A DNA stretch of 64,000 bases from an uncultured Acidobacteriaceae bacterium (GCA_963848685.1 CAWKED010000003.1:266337-330336), one strand, 5' to 3'. Shown: positions 48,180 through 58,307, counted from the first letter of the stretch. The notes: a model not told the origin generated them from the letters alone. Program-made: numbers and translations.

Positions 48180-49622
48180 ATGGCTGAATCCCCAATCACT
48201 CCGCGCGACAAGGACTTTGCCGCGTGGTACCAGGACGTGACCCTGGCCGGCGACATGGCCGAGCCGGCGGAAATTGTTAAAGGCTGCATGGTCATCAAGG
48301 CCAACGGCTATGCCGTTTGGGAGGTGCTGCAGCGCGAGCTGGACCAGCGCTTCAAGGCGACCGGGCACGCGAACATGTATTTCCCGCTGCTGATCCCGCA
48401 AAGCTTCCTGAAGAAGGAAGCCGAGCATGTGGAAGGCTTCTCGCCCGAACTCGCCGTCGTGACGATTGCCGGCGGCAAGGAGCTGGAAGAGCCCTACGTC
48501 ATCCGGCCAACGTCGGAGACGATCATCGGGCACTTCTTTGCGAAGTGGATCAAGAGCTGGCGCGATTTGCCGGTGCTGGCCAACCAGTGGGCAAACGTCA
48601 TGCGGTGGGAGCTGCGTACGCGCATGTTTCTTCGGACGACGGAGTTTTTGTGGCAGGAAGGGCACACGGCGCACGCGACCCACGAAGAAGCGCTGGAAGA
48701 GACGCTGCGCATGCTCGACGTGTACGCCGATGTTGCGGAAAACGTGATGGCGATGCCCGTGATCAAGGGCGTCAAGACGCGCGCGGAGAAATTTGCGGGC
48801 GCGCTGCGGAGTTACTCCATTGAGGCGATGATGCAGAACGGGCTCGCCCTGCAGGCCGGGACCAGCCACGACCTGGGGCAGAATTTCGGCAAGGCGTTCG
48901 ACGTCAAGTTCCAGAACAAGGAGGGCCAGCTGGAACACGTCTGGCAGACGAGCTGGGGCGTCTCGACCCGGTTGATCGGCGGCCTCATCATGACGCATTC
49001 CGACGACAAGGGGTTGGTTCTGCCTCCAAAGGTTGCGCCGCACAAGACCGTGCTGGTGCCAATCTTCCGTAAGGACGAAGAGCGCGCGACGGTGATGGAA
49101 ACAGCGAGCAGGATTGCGGCCGATACCGGCGCAAAGATTGATGACCGCGATTCGCAATCGCCAGGCGCGAAGTTCTTTCACTGGGAGCGGCTGGGTGTTC
49201 CGACCGTGCTGGAACTCGGCCCGCGCGACGTGGCGAGCGGCAACATCGTGCTCAAGCGGCGCGACACCGGCGAAAAGCAGGTCGTGCCGCAGGAAGGGAT
49301 TGCGGCGAAGGTTTCCACCACGCTTGAAGACATTCAGCGTGCCCTGTTCGCGCGTGCGCTGGAGCGCCGCGAGCAGAACACGGTGACGGCGAACTCAATC
49401 GAGGAAGTGGAGGACATTCTGCGCGACGTCACCGCGGAGAAGGGTGGCGGAAAATTCGTGATGGCGCATGTCAAAGACGATCCGGCCTGTGACGCGCGCA
49501 TGAAACAGTTCAAGGCGACCATCCGCAACGTTCCGGCAGAGGACAGGTTCGACGGGCCGGGCAAGTGCATTGTTACCGGCGAACAGGTGGAACGCCGCGT
49601 CGTGATCGCGAAGGCGTATTAG
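48180..49622 (+). CDS. proS: Proline--tRNA ligase, short archaeal/eukaryote-like type (no INS editing domain)
   Basis: 480 aa. N-terminal [74 protein letters not shown] (class II motif 2 region). C-terminal ...VIAKAY ending in Tyr, as in this subtype. Confidence 0.93.
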   Translation: MAESPITPRDKDFAAWYQDVTLAGDMAEPAEIVKGCMVIKANGYAVWEVLQRELDQRFKATGHANMYFPLLIPQSFLKKEAEHVEGFSPELAVVTIAGGKELEEPYVIRPTSETIIGHFFAKWIKSWRDLPVLANQWANVMRWELRTRMFLRTTEFLWQEGHTAHATHEEALEETLRMLDVYADVAENVMAMPVIKGVKTRAEKFAGALRSYSIEAMMQNGLALQAGTSHDLGQNFGKAFDVKFQNKEGQLEHVWQTSWGVSTRLIGGLIMTHSDDKGLVLPPKVAPHKTVLVPIFRKDEERATVMETASRIAADTGAKIDDRDSQSPGAKFFHWERLGVPTVLELGPRDVASGNIVLKRRDTGEKQVVPQEGIAAKVSTTLEDIQRALFARALERREQNTVTANSIEEVEDILRDVTAEKGGGKFVMAHVKDDPACDARMKQFKATIRNVPAEDRFDGPGKCIVTGEQVERRVVIAKAY

Positions 49623-49700
49623 CGGGCAGACCGTTCAGCCCGTGTTGATAAGGCAAAACACCGCCCGGGTCGCGCATGTAACACTGGCAGTAGACCGACT

Positions 49701-50780
49701 GTGACCAATGTTTACCTGAACCGTGTCGCTACCGCTGTCCCGGACCATGATGTCCACGGCGCATTTGTAGATTTCGCCGCGTCGCTTATGGACGCCGCGC
49801 CCGACCCTCGGCTGCGGCCGCTGTTCGATCGCATGGCTTCCCGCAGTGGAATTGATCATCGCTATTCCGTCTTGACTCCCGACCGCGCATCGCGCGAGTT
49901 CCATGTCAACGCGCACGAGTTTTATCGCCGGGGGCAGTTTCCTGACACCGCATCGCGGATGAAAATCTTTGAGCGGTTTGCTCCTGTGCTGGCGCAGCGG
50001 GCGTTGAACAATCTTGCGTTGACTGACGCCGAGCGCAACGGAATCACGCACGTGCTGGTCACGACCTGCACAGGACTCTATGCCCCGGGACTCGACTTCG
50101 ACATCGTGGACCACCTCGGCCTGAATACGCACGTCGAGCGCACGATGATCGGCTTTATGGGTTGCTATGCGGCCATCAACGGCCTCAAGGCCGCGCGGCA
50201 CATCGTCCGCTCAGAACCCAGCGCGAAGGTCCTGATGGTCAATCTTGAACTCTGCACGCTGCATCTCCAGGAGACGTTCGACCTGGAACAGGTGTTGAGC
50301 TTCCTGGTGTTTTCTGACGGCGCGGCGGCGAGCCTGATTTCCGCAGAACCGACGGGCGTGGAGCTCGATAGTTTCCGCGCCGTCGTTATCCCGCAGACGC
50401 GCGAGCTGATTACGTGGAAGATCCGCGGCATCGGCTTTGACATGCTGCTCAGCGGGCAGGTGCCCGGCGCAATCGCAAAGGCGCTGGAGTGCAGCGGCGG
50501 CGAGGTGCTGGCCGATGCGCAGGTGGCCGATGTCCAGCTGTGGGGCGTGCATCCGGGCGGCAAGTCTGTACTCGATGCGGTGGAACGCGGTCTTGCTCTG
50601 CCGTCCGACGCACTGGCCGCTTCCCGCGAAGTGCTGAACCGCTTCGGCAACATGAGTTCAGCGACTGTGATGTTTGTGCTGGAACGGCTCATGGCGGCCG
50701 CCAAGCCCGGCGAGCGCGGTTGCGCGATGAGCTTCGGCCCCGGCCTTACAGCGGAGACGATGCTGTTTCATGCGGTCTGA
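49701..50780 (+). CDS. Type III polyketide synthase (chalcone/stilbene synthase superfamily; alkylresorcinol/alkylpyrone-synthase-like)
   Basis: 359 aa, GTG start. The contexts of the Cys-His-Asn catalytic triad are all present: VLVTTCTGLYAPGLD (Cys), WGVHPGGKSVLD (His), RFGNMSSATVMFVL (Asn). The C-terminus is FGPGLTAETMLF. Confidence 0.9.
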   Translation: MTNVYLNRVATAVPDHDVHGAFVDFAASLMDAAPDPRLRPLFDRMASRSGIDHRYSVLTPDRASREFHVNAHEFYRRGQFPDTASRMKIFERFAPVLAQRALNNLALTDAERNGITHVLVTTCTGLYAPGLDFDIVDHLGLNTHVERTMIGFMGCYAAINGLKAARHIVRSEPSAKVLMVNLELCTLHLQETFDLEQVLSFLVFSDGAAASLISAEPTGVELDSFRAVVIPQTRELITWKIRGIGFDMLLSGQVPGAIAKALECSGGEVLADAQVADVQLWGVHPGGKSVLDAVERGLALPSDALAASREVLNRFGNMSSATVMFVLERLMAAAKPGERGCAMSFGPGLTAETMLFHAV

Positions 50781-51492
50781 AGGACTGGCCCGGCGCGTGC
50801 CGCCGTCTGAACTGCCGGAATGGATGGATGGCGAGTCCACCTATGAGGCGTTTCGCGACTGTCTTGCCGATCTTTCGAAAATCAATAGAGTGACTTTGAC
50901 TTTCCGGCCATCTCTCGATTTCCTGCAACGGATATGGAAAGGCCGCCCTGAGGACGAAGCGCTGCACATCGTTGACGTCGGTTGCGGTGGCGGCGATTTT
51001 CTGAGACAGGTCGCGGCGGCCGCGCGCAGGCAGAGACGGCAGGTGACGCTGACCGGGATCGACCTGAATCCTTATGCTGCGCGAGCGGCGCGCGAATCTG
51101 GACCAGAAAGCGATGGCATTGCCTGGGTGACAGGCGACGCGTTCGCACTAGGGCAGGGCGTGCCGGTGGACGTCATATTCAGCTCGCTGTTCGCGCATCA
51201 CCTCGAAGATGCGGAGATCGTGCGCTACCTTCGCTGGAGTGAGCAGACGGCGCGGCTTGGCTGGTTTATCAACGACCTCTACCGGAGCGCTGAGGCGCTT
51301 CGGTTCTATCCGCTGCTGGTCGGGGTCATGCGGCTGGGCAGGTTTGTTCGCCATGACGGAGCGGTTTCTTTCCGGCGCGCTTTTCGCGAGGCAGACTGGA
51401 AGCAATACCTGGCGGAAGCCGGTTTGCAGCGGACCGATGCACGCGTTGCGAAGTGGTTTCCTGCGCGGCTCTGTGTAGAGCGTCTGAAGTGA
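50770..51492 (+). CDS. Class I SAM-dependent methyltransferase, translationally coupled to the type III PKS
   Basis: 240 aa. Motif I is IVDVGCGGGDFL, followed by LTGIDLNPYA and VIFSSLFAHHL (post-I/II motifs). It overlaps the PKS gene by 11 nt. Confidence 0.8.
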   Translation: MRSEGLARRVPPSELPEWMDGESTYEAFRDCLADLSKINRVTLTFRPSLDFLQRIWKGRPEDEALHIVDVGCGGGDFLRQVAAAARRQRRQVTLTGIDLNPYAARAARESGPESDGIAWVTGDAFALGQGVPVDVIFSSLFAHHLEDAEIVRYLRWSEQTARLGWFINDLYRSAEALRFYPLLVGVMRLGRFVRHDGAVSFRRAFREADWKQYLAEAGLQRTDARVAKWFPARLCVERLK

Positions 51493-51525
51493 GCGGCGCC
51501 GTCCCCCGCGTTCGGTTGGGCTGCC

Positions 51526-52644
51526 TCAAGGCAAGGCATGCGCGCCGTCGGAGGGCTGGCCGATCCAGCCCGCGGCGGAAATTCCAGTTTTCTCACGGTA
51601 ACGACTGAGGATGGCGTCGAGGAAACCCTGCGCCTCTGCCTCCCTGACAAGAGAGACGGTGCAGCCGCCGAAGCCGCCGCCGGTCAGCCGGGAACCGAGA
51701 CAACCAGGGAGCGATAGAGCGATCTCGACCAGCTGGTCACACTCGTCGCAACTGGCGCTGAAATCGTCGCGGTAGCTGGCGTGAGCGTCCACCAGCAGGC
51801 GGCCAAATTCTTCCGCGTGCCCCTCGCGGAGCATCCGGCTGCCTTCGAGAACGCGAAGGCTGTCGCTGATGATGTGGCGGCATCGCTTGTACACAACGTC
51901 GGGCATGGTGTGACGGGCCTGCTCGAGCTGCTCAAGGGAAACGTCACGCAACGCGCGTACCTGCGCCTCCGGATACACAGACGCAAGGATGCGCGTGCCC
52001 TCTTCCACCTGAGCACGGCGTTCGGCGTATTCGCTTCCCGCGACGGAATGTTTCACCATGGAGTTGACGATGACGAGCCGCAGGTTTTCCGGGATGGGAA
52101 CGTATTTGTAACTCAAATCGCGGCAATCCAGCTGCAGCGCATTTCCGGCACGGCCATGCACGGAGACGAACTGGTCCATGATTCCGCAGGGCGCGCCGAC
52201 GAAGTCATTTTCCGCGGCCTGGCAGAGCAGTGCAATCTCGCCCGGCGGCATTTCTGCGTTGCCGGCGGCGAGCATGGCGAAAGCGGTTGCGACTTCCAGT
52301 GATGCGGATGAGCTGAGGCCGGCATTGCGGGGAACGTCTCCTGAGACCGTGATGTCCATGCCGGGCAGCGCCACACCGCGCGACATGAGTTCGCGTGCCA
52401 CGCCGACGACGTAATCTGTCCAGTGGCGGCGTGGCTGGGAAGGAAGGGCGTCCATTGCATACGTCGCTTCGTCGTGAAAGTCGAGCGAGATGGCGCGAAG
52501 CTGCGAGCCGGAACGCGGCTCGACGGTAGCAGTGGTTCCAAACTGCAAAGCCGCCGGCATGCAGAAGCCTTCGGCGTAGTCAGTATGTTCTCCGACCAGG
52601 TTGACCCTGCCCGGGGCGCGGAATCGTAGCGTCTTCATCTGCAT
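51526..52644 (-). CDS. galK: Galactokinase
   Basis: The likely start is the ATG at 52644 (MQMKTLRFRAPGRVNLVGEHTDYAEGF, the galactokinase signature); the track ORF extends to 52818. GHMP ATP motif PRNAGLSSSASLEVA. C-terminal GSRLTGGGFGGCTVSL. Confidence 0.9.
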   Translation of the reverse strand: MQMKTLRFRAPGRVNLVGEHTDYAEGFCMPAALQFGTTATVEPRSGSQLRAISLDFHDEATYAMDALPSQPRRHWTDYVVGVARELMSRGVALPGMDITVSGDVPRNAGLSSSASLEVATAFAMLAAGNAEMPPGEIALLCQAAENDFVGAPCGIMDQFVSVHGRAGNALQLDCRDLSYKYVPIPENLRLVIVNSMVKHSVAGSEYAERRAQVEEGTRILASVYPEAQVRALRDVSLEQLEQARHTMPDVVYKRCRHIISDSLRVLEGSRMLREGHAEEFGRLLVDAHASYRDDFSASCDECDQLVEIALSLPGCLGSRLTGGGFGGCTVSLVREAEAQGFLDAILSRYREKTGISAAGWIGQPSDGAHALP

Positions 52645-52680
52645 GACTGGAACGGGGTGGAGTGCGACAATAGCAGCTAT

Positions 52681-52692
52681 GTTAACGTTAAC
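52681..52692. promoter_or_regulatory. Perfect 12-bp palindrome GTTAACGTTAAC in the galK / galE-galT divergent promoter region; candidate LacI-family operator
   Basis: gttaacgttaac is read directly from the sequence. It is centred in the ~69-bp gap between the galK ATG (52644) and the galE TTG (52714). The central CG is typical of LacI/GalR operators. Near-copies are at 56736, 56742, 56838 and 58176. Confidence 0.55.
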
Positions 52693-52713
52693 GGCGGTCG
52701 AGGTCACGCGCGT

Positions 52714-53694
52714 TTGAAGACATTGGTTATCGGCGGGACGGGCTACATCGGCGGCACGGTCGCACGGCAGCTTTTGCGCGCCGGTCACGAAGTAACCATC
52801 ATGGACAACCTCGGGCACTCCGAGGGAACGAACGTGCCGGATGGGGCTGAGCTGGTTGTTGCCGACATCCAGGACAAAGTTGCTTTAGACCGGTTGCTCG
52901 CGGGATCGGGCTTTGACGCCGTGCTCCATTTCGCCGCGCTGATTGAAGCCGGAGAGAGCATGCGTACGCCGGACCAGTTCTTCGTTAACAACACCGGGGC
53001 TACAGCGATTCTGTTGCGTGCGCTGGTTGAACACAAAGTCCCGCGATTGGTGTTCTCGTCCACCGCGGCTGTGTTTGGCAATCCGGAAACTGTTCCTATT
53101 CCGGAGGAGGCGAAAAAGGCGCCAGTGAATGCCTATGGCGCCAGCAAGCTGCTGGTAGAGCAGATGCTGCCGTGGCTCGCTCATGTCTACGGACTGCAGT
53201 ACGCGGTGTTGCGGTATTTCAACGTGGCCGGCGCGCTGGCTGATTATGGCGAGGCACATAATCCCGAAACGCATTTGATTCCGCTGGTTCTTGACGTGGC
53301 GCTCGGGCGCCGCGAGTCAATTTCAATTTTTGGCACGGACTACGACACCCCGGACGGCACGTGCATTCGCGACTACATTCACGTCGCCGACATTGGCCGA
53401 GCGCACCTGATGGCGATGGATGCGCTCAAACTGGACAGGGCGGAGCTGTATTACAACCTCGGGAACGGACGCGGATTTTCCGTGCGTGAAGTCATCGATT
53501 CCGTGCAGAGGGTGACCGGGCGCAATATCGCGGTAGTTGAAAAGCCGCGCCGCGATGGCGACCCGCCGCGGCTGGTCGCGAGCTCGGAAAAGATTCGCCG
53601 CGAACTGGGCTGGCAGCCTGAGATTCCGGAACTGGACGATATTGTCCGCAGCGCCTGGGTATGGCACCAGAAGCGGTTTGGCCAGGCCGCATGA
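52714..53694 (+). CDS. galE: UDP-glucose 4-epimerase
   Basis: The probable start is the TTG at 52714, with gagg about 10 nt upstream, giving (M)KTLVIGGTGYIGG (Rossmann GxxGxxG). The track ORF starts at a GTG at 52657, which would cover the operator. YGASKLLVE (YxxxK). DYIHVADI. Confidence 0.88.
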   Translation: MKTLVIGGTGYIGGTVARQLLRAGHEVTIMDNLGHSEGTNVPDGAELVVADIQDKVALDRLLAGSGFDAVLHFAALIEAGESMRTPDQFFVNNTGATAILLRALVEHKVPRLVFSSTAAVFGNPETVPIPEEAKKAPVNAYGASKLLVEQMLPWLAHVYGLQYAVLRYFNVAGALADYGEAHNPETHLIPLVLDVALGRRESISIFGTDYDTPDGTCIRDYIHVADIGRAHLMAMDALKLDRAELYYNLGNGRGFSVREVIDSVQRVTGRNIAVVEKPRRDGDPPRLVASSEKIRRELGWQPEIPELDDIVRSAWVWHQKRFGQAA

Positions 53695-54725
53695 CTGCGG
53701 ATTTCGACTGGCTGAAGCAGACACCGCACCGCCGCTGGAACCCGTTGCGGCGTGACTGGGTGCTGGTTTCGCCGCATCGCACGCAGCGGCCGTGGCAGGG
53801 AGAGGTTTCTCCAGCGGCGCCGGCTGCCGGCGCAACCTATGACCCGGCCTGCTATCTCTGTCCCGGCAACGTCCGCGCCGGGGGACATACGAACCCGAAC
53901 TACCGGCAGACATTTGTTTTCGACAACGACTACGCCGCGCTGCTGCCGGACGAGCGCAACGCTGCATCCGACGACCCTCTGCTGCGCGCGGAAAGTGAGC
54001 GCGGAATCTGCCGCGTCGTCTGCTTTGACCCCGACCACAGCCTTACCCTGGCCGGCATGGAGGTTCCAGCCATTGCGCGCGTGGTGGATGTCTGGGCCGA
54101 ACAATATGTGGAACTGGCTTCGCATGCGTGGGTGCACGCGGTGCAGATTTTCGAGAACCGCGGCGCCATGATGGGTGCAAGCAATCCGCATCCGCACGGA
54201 CAAATCTGGGCCACCGAACATGTTCCGGATGAGTCCGCGCGTGAGTTTGCGGCGCAGCAGGTGTGGCGCGCGGAACACGGTGAGTGCCTGCTGTGCGCCT
54301 ATTCACGGCGCGAGATTGCACTCGGCGACCGCCTCGTCTGCCGCAATGAGTACTTTGCGGCGGTCGTGCCGTGGTGGGCTGTCTGGCCGTTCGAGACGCT
54401 GGTGCTGCCGGTGGCGCATGTCACTTCGCTCGCTGCGATGCGCCCGGAGGTTCGCGCGGCCCTCGCGGACATCCTGAAACAGGTCACGGTGCGATACGAC
54501 GCATTGTTCGGAGTCAGCTTTCCGTACACGATGGGCTTTCATCAGGCTGCGCCAAACACGCCGGACCAGGACATCGTTCACTTTCACGGACACTTCTATC
54601 CGCCGTTGCTGCGTTCGGCGAGCGTCCGCAAATTCATGGTCGGGTTCGAGATGCTGGGCATGCCGCAGCGCGACATTACGCCGGAGTCCGCAGCGGAGCG
54701 CCTGCGAGAAGTCACTCTCGCGTAG
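53691..54725 (+). CDS. galT: Galactose-1-phosphate uridylyltransferase
   Basis: The ATG at 53691 overlaps the galE stop (ATGA). MTADFDWLKQTPHRRWNPLRRDWVLVSPHRTQRPWQG. CYLCPGN (zinc site). NPHPHGQIWA (HxHxQ active site). Confidence 0.9.
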   Translation: MTADFDWLKQTPHRRWNPLRRDWVLVSPHRTQRPWQGEVSPAAPAAGATYDPACYLCPGNVRAGGHTNPNYRQTFVFDNDYAALLPDERNAASDDPLLRAESERGICRVVCFDPDHSLTLAGMEVPAIARVVDVWAEQYVELASHAWVHAVQIFENRGAMMGASNPHPHGQIWATEHVPDESAREFAAQQVWRAEHGECLLCAYSRREIALGDRLVCRNEYFAAVVPWWAVWPFETLVLPVAHVTSLAAMRPEVRAALADILKQVTVRYDALFGVSFPYTMGFHQAAPNTPDQDIVHFHGHFYPPLLRSASVRKFMVGFEMLGMPQRDITPESAAERLREVTLA

Positions 54726-56676
54726 GCGACGAGCGTTGAAAGCCGACGGTGAGAGCGGGCAGCGCGTTGCCTTCGCGGTCGAACAGGACGTAGTTGTCCA
54801 CGTTGTCGAACGTACCGGGAGCGGGAATCCAACTTGCGTCCCAGTACGAGAAGCCGATCACCATGCCGTCGTCAGCGCTTTCGACCGCGCTGATTTCGTC
54901 ATTGAGAAAATCGAGCTGGCCTTGCGGAGTCAGCGGATAGGGCTCCGGTCCGCCGTCGGCCATGTTGTCGGCTCCGGCAGCCGGGGCCCACGGGTAGCCT
55001 GTCTCCTCGAAAAACACGGGCTTCTTATAGCGCGCCGTCACGTAGTTCGCGAAGTCCTGGAATTGCCGAACCGTCTTGCGTGACCAGAAGGGATAGGCGG
55101 AGTACGCGAGAACATCTACGTGCGCGCCTCGAGCGAGCATCGCGTCGAGGTACCGCCTCGTTTCAGCGTAGCGGCCGATGTTGGCCAGGTGCCACAACAC
55201 CCGGATATCGTGCTGCTCAGCATGCGCGGCCTGGTATCCAGCTTGATAGATTCTTGCGAGCAGATCGGGGCTCGCGTTGAAGTCAGCATTCACGCCGTGC
55301 AGCGGAGACTTGCACGTTTCTGTGCGCAGGATTCCCGGGTCGGTCTCATTCCCGATCGCCACGAGTTCCACCGGCGTACCCTGCGCGGCGAAGGCATGGA
55401 GCGTTTCCGCGACGTATGCGCGCACAGTCTTGCTCAGCCCGTCGGCATCGAGGCTGAGCCACGCGTGCGGCAGCGACTGGCACTGCGGGTCCGCCCAGTG
55501 GTCACTCAAATGCAAAGACAATTCGATCCGCATACCGGCTGCGCGGGCGCGCCGCGCGAGCCGCAGCGCATCGACGAGATCGTCATACCGGCCCTGCATC
55601 TCGCTCGATGGCACGTGAGCAGGGTTGCCGGGATCCACGAACAGATGAATGCGCGCGAGATTCATCCCGCTGGCCGCGAGAATTGCGAAAGGGTCTCCGG
55701 GTTGGCCATGCAACCGGTAGATGCCGCCGTGGCCTTCGACCATGTCGGTCAGGCTGATGTCGCCGCCCTGCACCATGTTGTAGCCGGCAGGTGCGGGCTC
55801 GACGCGCATGTCTTTCACGCTGAGCCACTGCCCCGCGGAACCCTGCACGCGAACGCCAATCGTGCAGCTTGGACGAGTTACGCGGAAGCCGCGAAGCTCA
55901 ACCTGCCGGAATGCACTGCCGATGCTCGCTGGGGCCAGATTGAGGACGCTGTCACGATCGCTGCAGCCGACAGCTTCGAGCCTTGCGATGCGTTGTCCGC
56001 CACTGGAGCGGTAACTTGCAGCGAAGGTGTACGCGCCGGGTTCGATATGGAGAGTCTGCGTTATCTCTCCGGAACCACCGGAGAGCGCAGCGTCCCCGCG
56101 CGCGAAGCTTGCCACACCGGTCAACTTCCATGCGGAATTCGCATCGCTGAACAAGTTTGTGTGCCGCGCGAGCACAATGGCGTCAGCCAGCACTGCAGAT
56201 GTGTTCGCTGGCTTCGCGAGCAGAGTGACCGTGCACGCGGCAGCCTGGCCGAGCGCGACGCCCGGTGCGTGCAGTTCCGTCCAGTCGGATGGAGCTTGGC
56301 CAACCGCCGGAGAACTCGCGTCCGGCGTATCCGTCGAGACAGTTGTCTCGTGGCCCGGTCCGCAATCGAGCTGTATGGAAGCTGCCTGCGGGCGGGGTGC
56401 CTGGAAGAAAGCCCGCAGCTCGTAGGTTCCGGCCGAGAGGCGGACAGCCTCCGAGGCAAACGCGCCAGGCGGCAGCTCCAGCGAGTGTTGTCCGTCAACG
56501 GAGTCGCGCCGCGAGACGGCAGCTCCGCCGGCCAGTCGCCATGTGCTGGCGCCATGTTCAAAGCCGGGATTTGCGAGCAGATTTGTCGATTGCGCCGACA
56601 GGAGCGAAGACATCAGCAGGCTGCCGACGAGCAGCGACAGTCGGCGGACCAACGAACTCCTGCAAGGCTGGTGCAT
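54712..56676 (-). CDS. Secreted GH53 arabinogalactan endo-beta-1,4-galactanase with N-terminal carbohydrate-binding-like modules
   Basis: 654 aa. Signal peptide ...LLVGSLLMSSLLSAQS. Two N-terminal jelly-roll-like modules (NLLANPGFEHGASTW; NLFSDANSAWKL). The C-terminal catalytic domain carries GGDISLTDMVEGHGGIY..SGMNLARIHLFVDP, LHLSDHWADPQCQSLPHAW, VAIGNET (acid/base Glu) and FFEETGYPW (nucleophile Glu). Confidence 0.8.
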   Translation of the reverse strand: MHQPCRSSLVRRLSLLVGSLLMSSLLSAQSTNLLANPGFEHGASTWRLAGGAAVSRRDSVDGQHSLELPPGAFASEAVRLSAGTYELRAFFQAPRPQAASIQLDCGPGHETTVSTDTPDASSPAVGQAPSDWTELHAPGVALGQAAACTVTLLAKPANTSAVLADAIVLARHTNLFSDANSAWKLTGVASFARGDAALSGGSGEITQTLHIEPGAYTFAASYRSSGGQRIARLEAVGCSDRDSVLNLAPASIGSAFRQVELRGFRVTRPSCTIGVRVQGSAGQWLSVKDMRVEPAPAGYNMVQGGDISLTDMVEGHGGIYRLHGQPGDPFAILAASGMNLARIHLFVDPGNPAHVPSSEMQGRYDDLVDALRLARRARAAGMRIELSLHLSDHWADPQCQSLPHAWLSLDADGLSKTVRAYVAETLHAFAAQGTPVELVAIGNETDPGILRTETCKSPLHGVNADFNASPDLLARIYQAGYQAAHAEQHDIRVLWHLANIGRYAETRRYLDAMLARGAHVDVLAYSAYPFWSRKTVRQFQDFANYVTARYKKPVFFEETGYPWAPAAGADNMADGGPEPYPLTPQGQLDFLNDEISAVESADDGMVIGFSYWDASWIPAPGTFDNVDNYVLFDREGNALPALTVGFQRSSPTRE

Positions 56677-56735
56677 GGAAAAAATCAGGCGGCCCTCCGC
56701 GTTTCAGCCACGAAGGGGACCGCCTCGGAAGAACC

Positions 56736-56753
56736 GTTAACGATAACGTTAAA
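56736..56753. promoter_or_regulatory. Candidate operator: three tandem half-sites GTTAAC-GATAAC-GTTAAA upstream of the GH53 gene
   Basis: gttaacgataac (56736-56747) has one mismatch to GTTAACGTTAAC. It overlaps gataacgttaaa (56742-56753), which has two mismatches. The site is 60-77 nt upstream of the GH53 ATG (56676). Confidence 0.45.
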
Positions 56754-56837
56754 GCCTTCCAGGGATATTTCGCAAACGAAATCGGAAGGGATTGCCGAAA
56801 TCAGCAGTTATTCGATTTGCTCCGGGCTGCTTTAGAC

Positions 56838-56849
56838 GTTAGCGTTAAC
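56838..56849. promoter_or_regulatory. Candidate operator GTTAGCGTTAAC in the GH53 / lacI-family divergent region
   Basis: One mismatch to the palindrome. It lies about 155-165 nt upstream of the regulator start (57005). Confidence 0.45.
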
Positions 56850-57004
56850 GCCGCCCGGGACTTGCCGGGCCCTGCCATTGGACGTCCCGGGCCGGGGTGC
56901 GGCTCAATGCACCGTCGTGACGGATCGCAATTGCGGAGCGCGAATTGCCCTCGCGGCCCAGGTGACGCCGTTCGAACCCGGGAGAGAAAAACGATGCGTC
57001 TAGA

Positions 57005-58048
57005 ATGGCAGCGGACATGGTGAAGCTGGTCGATATTGCCCGGGCACTGGAGATTTCCATCGGCACGGTGGACCGCGCGCTGCATGACCGTCCCGGCGTG
57101 AACGCGGTAACAAAAAAGCGCGTTCTGCAGATGGCGCAGTCCATGGGCTACAGGCCGAACCTGGCGGCCAGCGTGCTCTCGTCCAAGCGGCGGCTGCGGA
57201 TTTCCGTAAACCTGCCGCGGGAGATCGCATCGTTTTTTGACCAGGTGCGCTCCGGTATCGAAACGGAACACGCACTGTTGTCCAAGGGCGCGATGGAACT
57301 CGAGTTTCGCAGCTTTCAGCGTCTGGGTGCGGGCGAGGAGAAGGCTTTCGACGACGCCCTGGAAGCGAAAGTGAACGGCATCATCACCGCCGTCGGCCAT
57401 CCTGGACAATTCCGCACACGCATTCGCAAAGCGTTGCGCGCGAACATTCCCGTTGTCTGCGTAGTTGCTGACGCCATCGGCAGCGACCGCCTGGCGGCCG
57501 TTACAGTTGATGCGCGCGCGAGCGGCGGCCTGGTGAGCGACCTTATGGGCCGTTTCTTGAAAACGGGTGGCGAGGTGGTTGTCTTTACCGGGGAACTGAC
57601 AAACGCGGACCACGTTGAAAAAGTGCAGAGTTTTCGGGATTGCGTCCATCAGCACTACAAACAGCTGGCCGTCCTGCCGCCGGTAGAAACGTTTGACCGT
57701 CCGCGCGAAGCGTACGAGAAGGCGGTCGCGACACTCCGGCAGCACCCGCAAATTGTTGGTTGTTACGTCACCACCGCGAACAGCATCCCGGTGTTGCGCG
57801 CCCTGAAGGCGCAGCGGATGCTGGACCGCGTGACCACGATCACGACCGACCTGTTTCCGGAACTGGTGCCATACCTGCGCGCCGGGACTGTCGCTGCCAG
57901 CATTCACCAGCGGCCGCGGGCGCAGGGCCAGCTCGCGCTGCGCAATCTGCACGGCTTTCTGCGGGACGGCGTTTGCCCCGCGGACCGCATTACGCTGGCA
58001 CCGCATGTCGTCACGCGGTCCAACGTCGATTACTTCCTGACGCAGTAG
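57005..58048 (+). CDS. LacI/GalR-family transcriptional regulator
   Basis: 347 aa. N-terminal HTH VKLVDIARALEISIGTVDRALHDRPGVNAVTKKRVLQMAQSMGYRPNLAASVL, followed by a periplasmic-binding-protein-like sugar-binding fold. The start could be at 57005 or 57017. Confidence 0.88.
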   Translation: MAADMVKLVDIARALEISIGTVDRALHDRPGVNAVTKKRVLQMAQSMGYRPNLAASVLSSKRRLRISVNLPREIASFFDQVRSGIETEHALLSKGAMELEFRSFQRLGAGEEKAFDDALEAKVNGIITAVGHPGQFRTRIRKALRANIPVVCVVADAIGSDRLAAVTVDARASGGLVSDLMGRFLKTGGEVVVFTGELTNADHVEKVQSFRDCVHQHYKQLAVLPPVETFDRPREAYEKAVATLRQHPQIVGCYVTTANSIPVLRALKAQRMLDRVTTITTDLFPELVPYLRAGTVAASIHQRPRAQGQLALRNLHGFLRDGVCPADRITLAPHVVTRSNVDYFLTQ

Positions 58049-58137
58049 AAGACCTTCGGGCGTCGCGCGAAACGGGCTGCACCGCGGCCTTTTTGCCGGC
58101 GATTCTGCCCGGTCTCCAGGGCGCTCCCGCCTGGCAC

Positions 58138-58187
58138 TTGACAGTCGAATTTCCATGCGGATATCTTTCGTGTGCGTTAACGGTAAG
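58138..58187 (+). promoter_or_regulatory. Putative promoter (TTGACA-N18-TATCTT) with an overlapping candidate LacI operator (GTTAACGGTAAG) upstream of the second TonB-dependent receptor gene
   Basis: ttgaca at 58138-58143 and tatctt at 58162-58167. gttaacggtaag at 58176-58187 has two mismatches to the palindrome and lies just downstream of the -10, a position compatible with repression. Confidence 0.4.
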
Positions 58188-58307
58188 GGTTTTGCCGTTC
58201 CCGCCGCCCCCGAAAGCCCGGGGCGGCACGGAAACAACGGCAGGGCCGGTAGCGGAAACGTGCGGGGCATGCTCGGGAATTCAGTCCATTTTCCAAGGAA
58301 AACAGCC

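Noticed and set aside
47976-49181. 401-aa ORF on the minus strand
   Set aside because: It is antisense to proS and to the 3' end of the orphan secreted-protein gene, with no recognisable domain.
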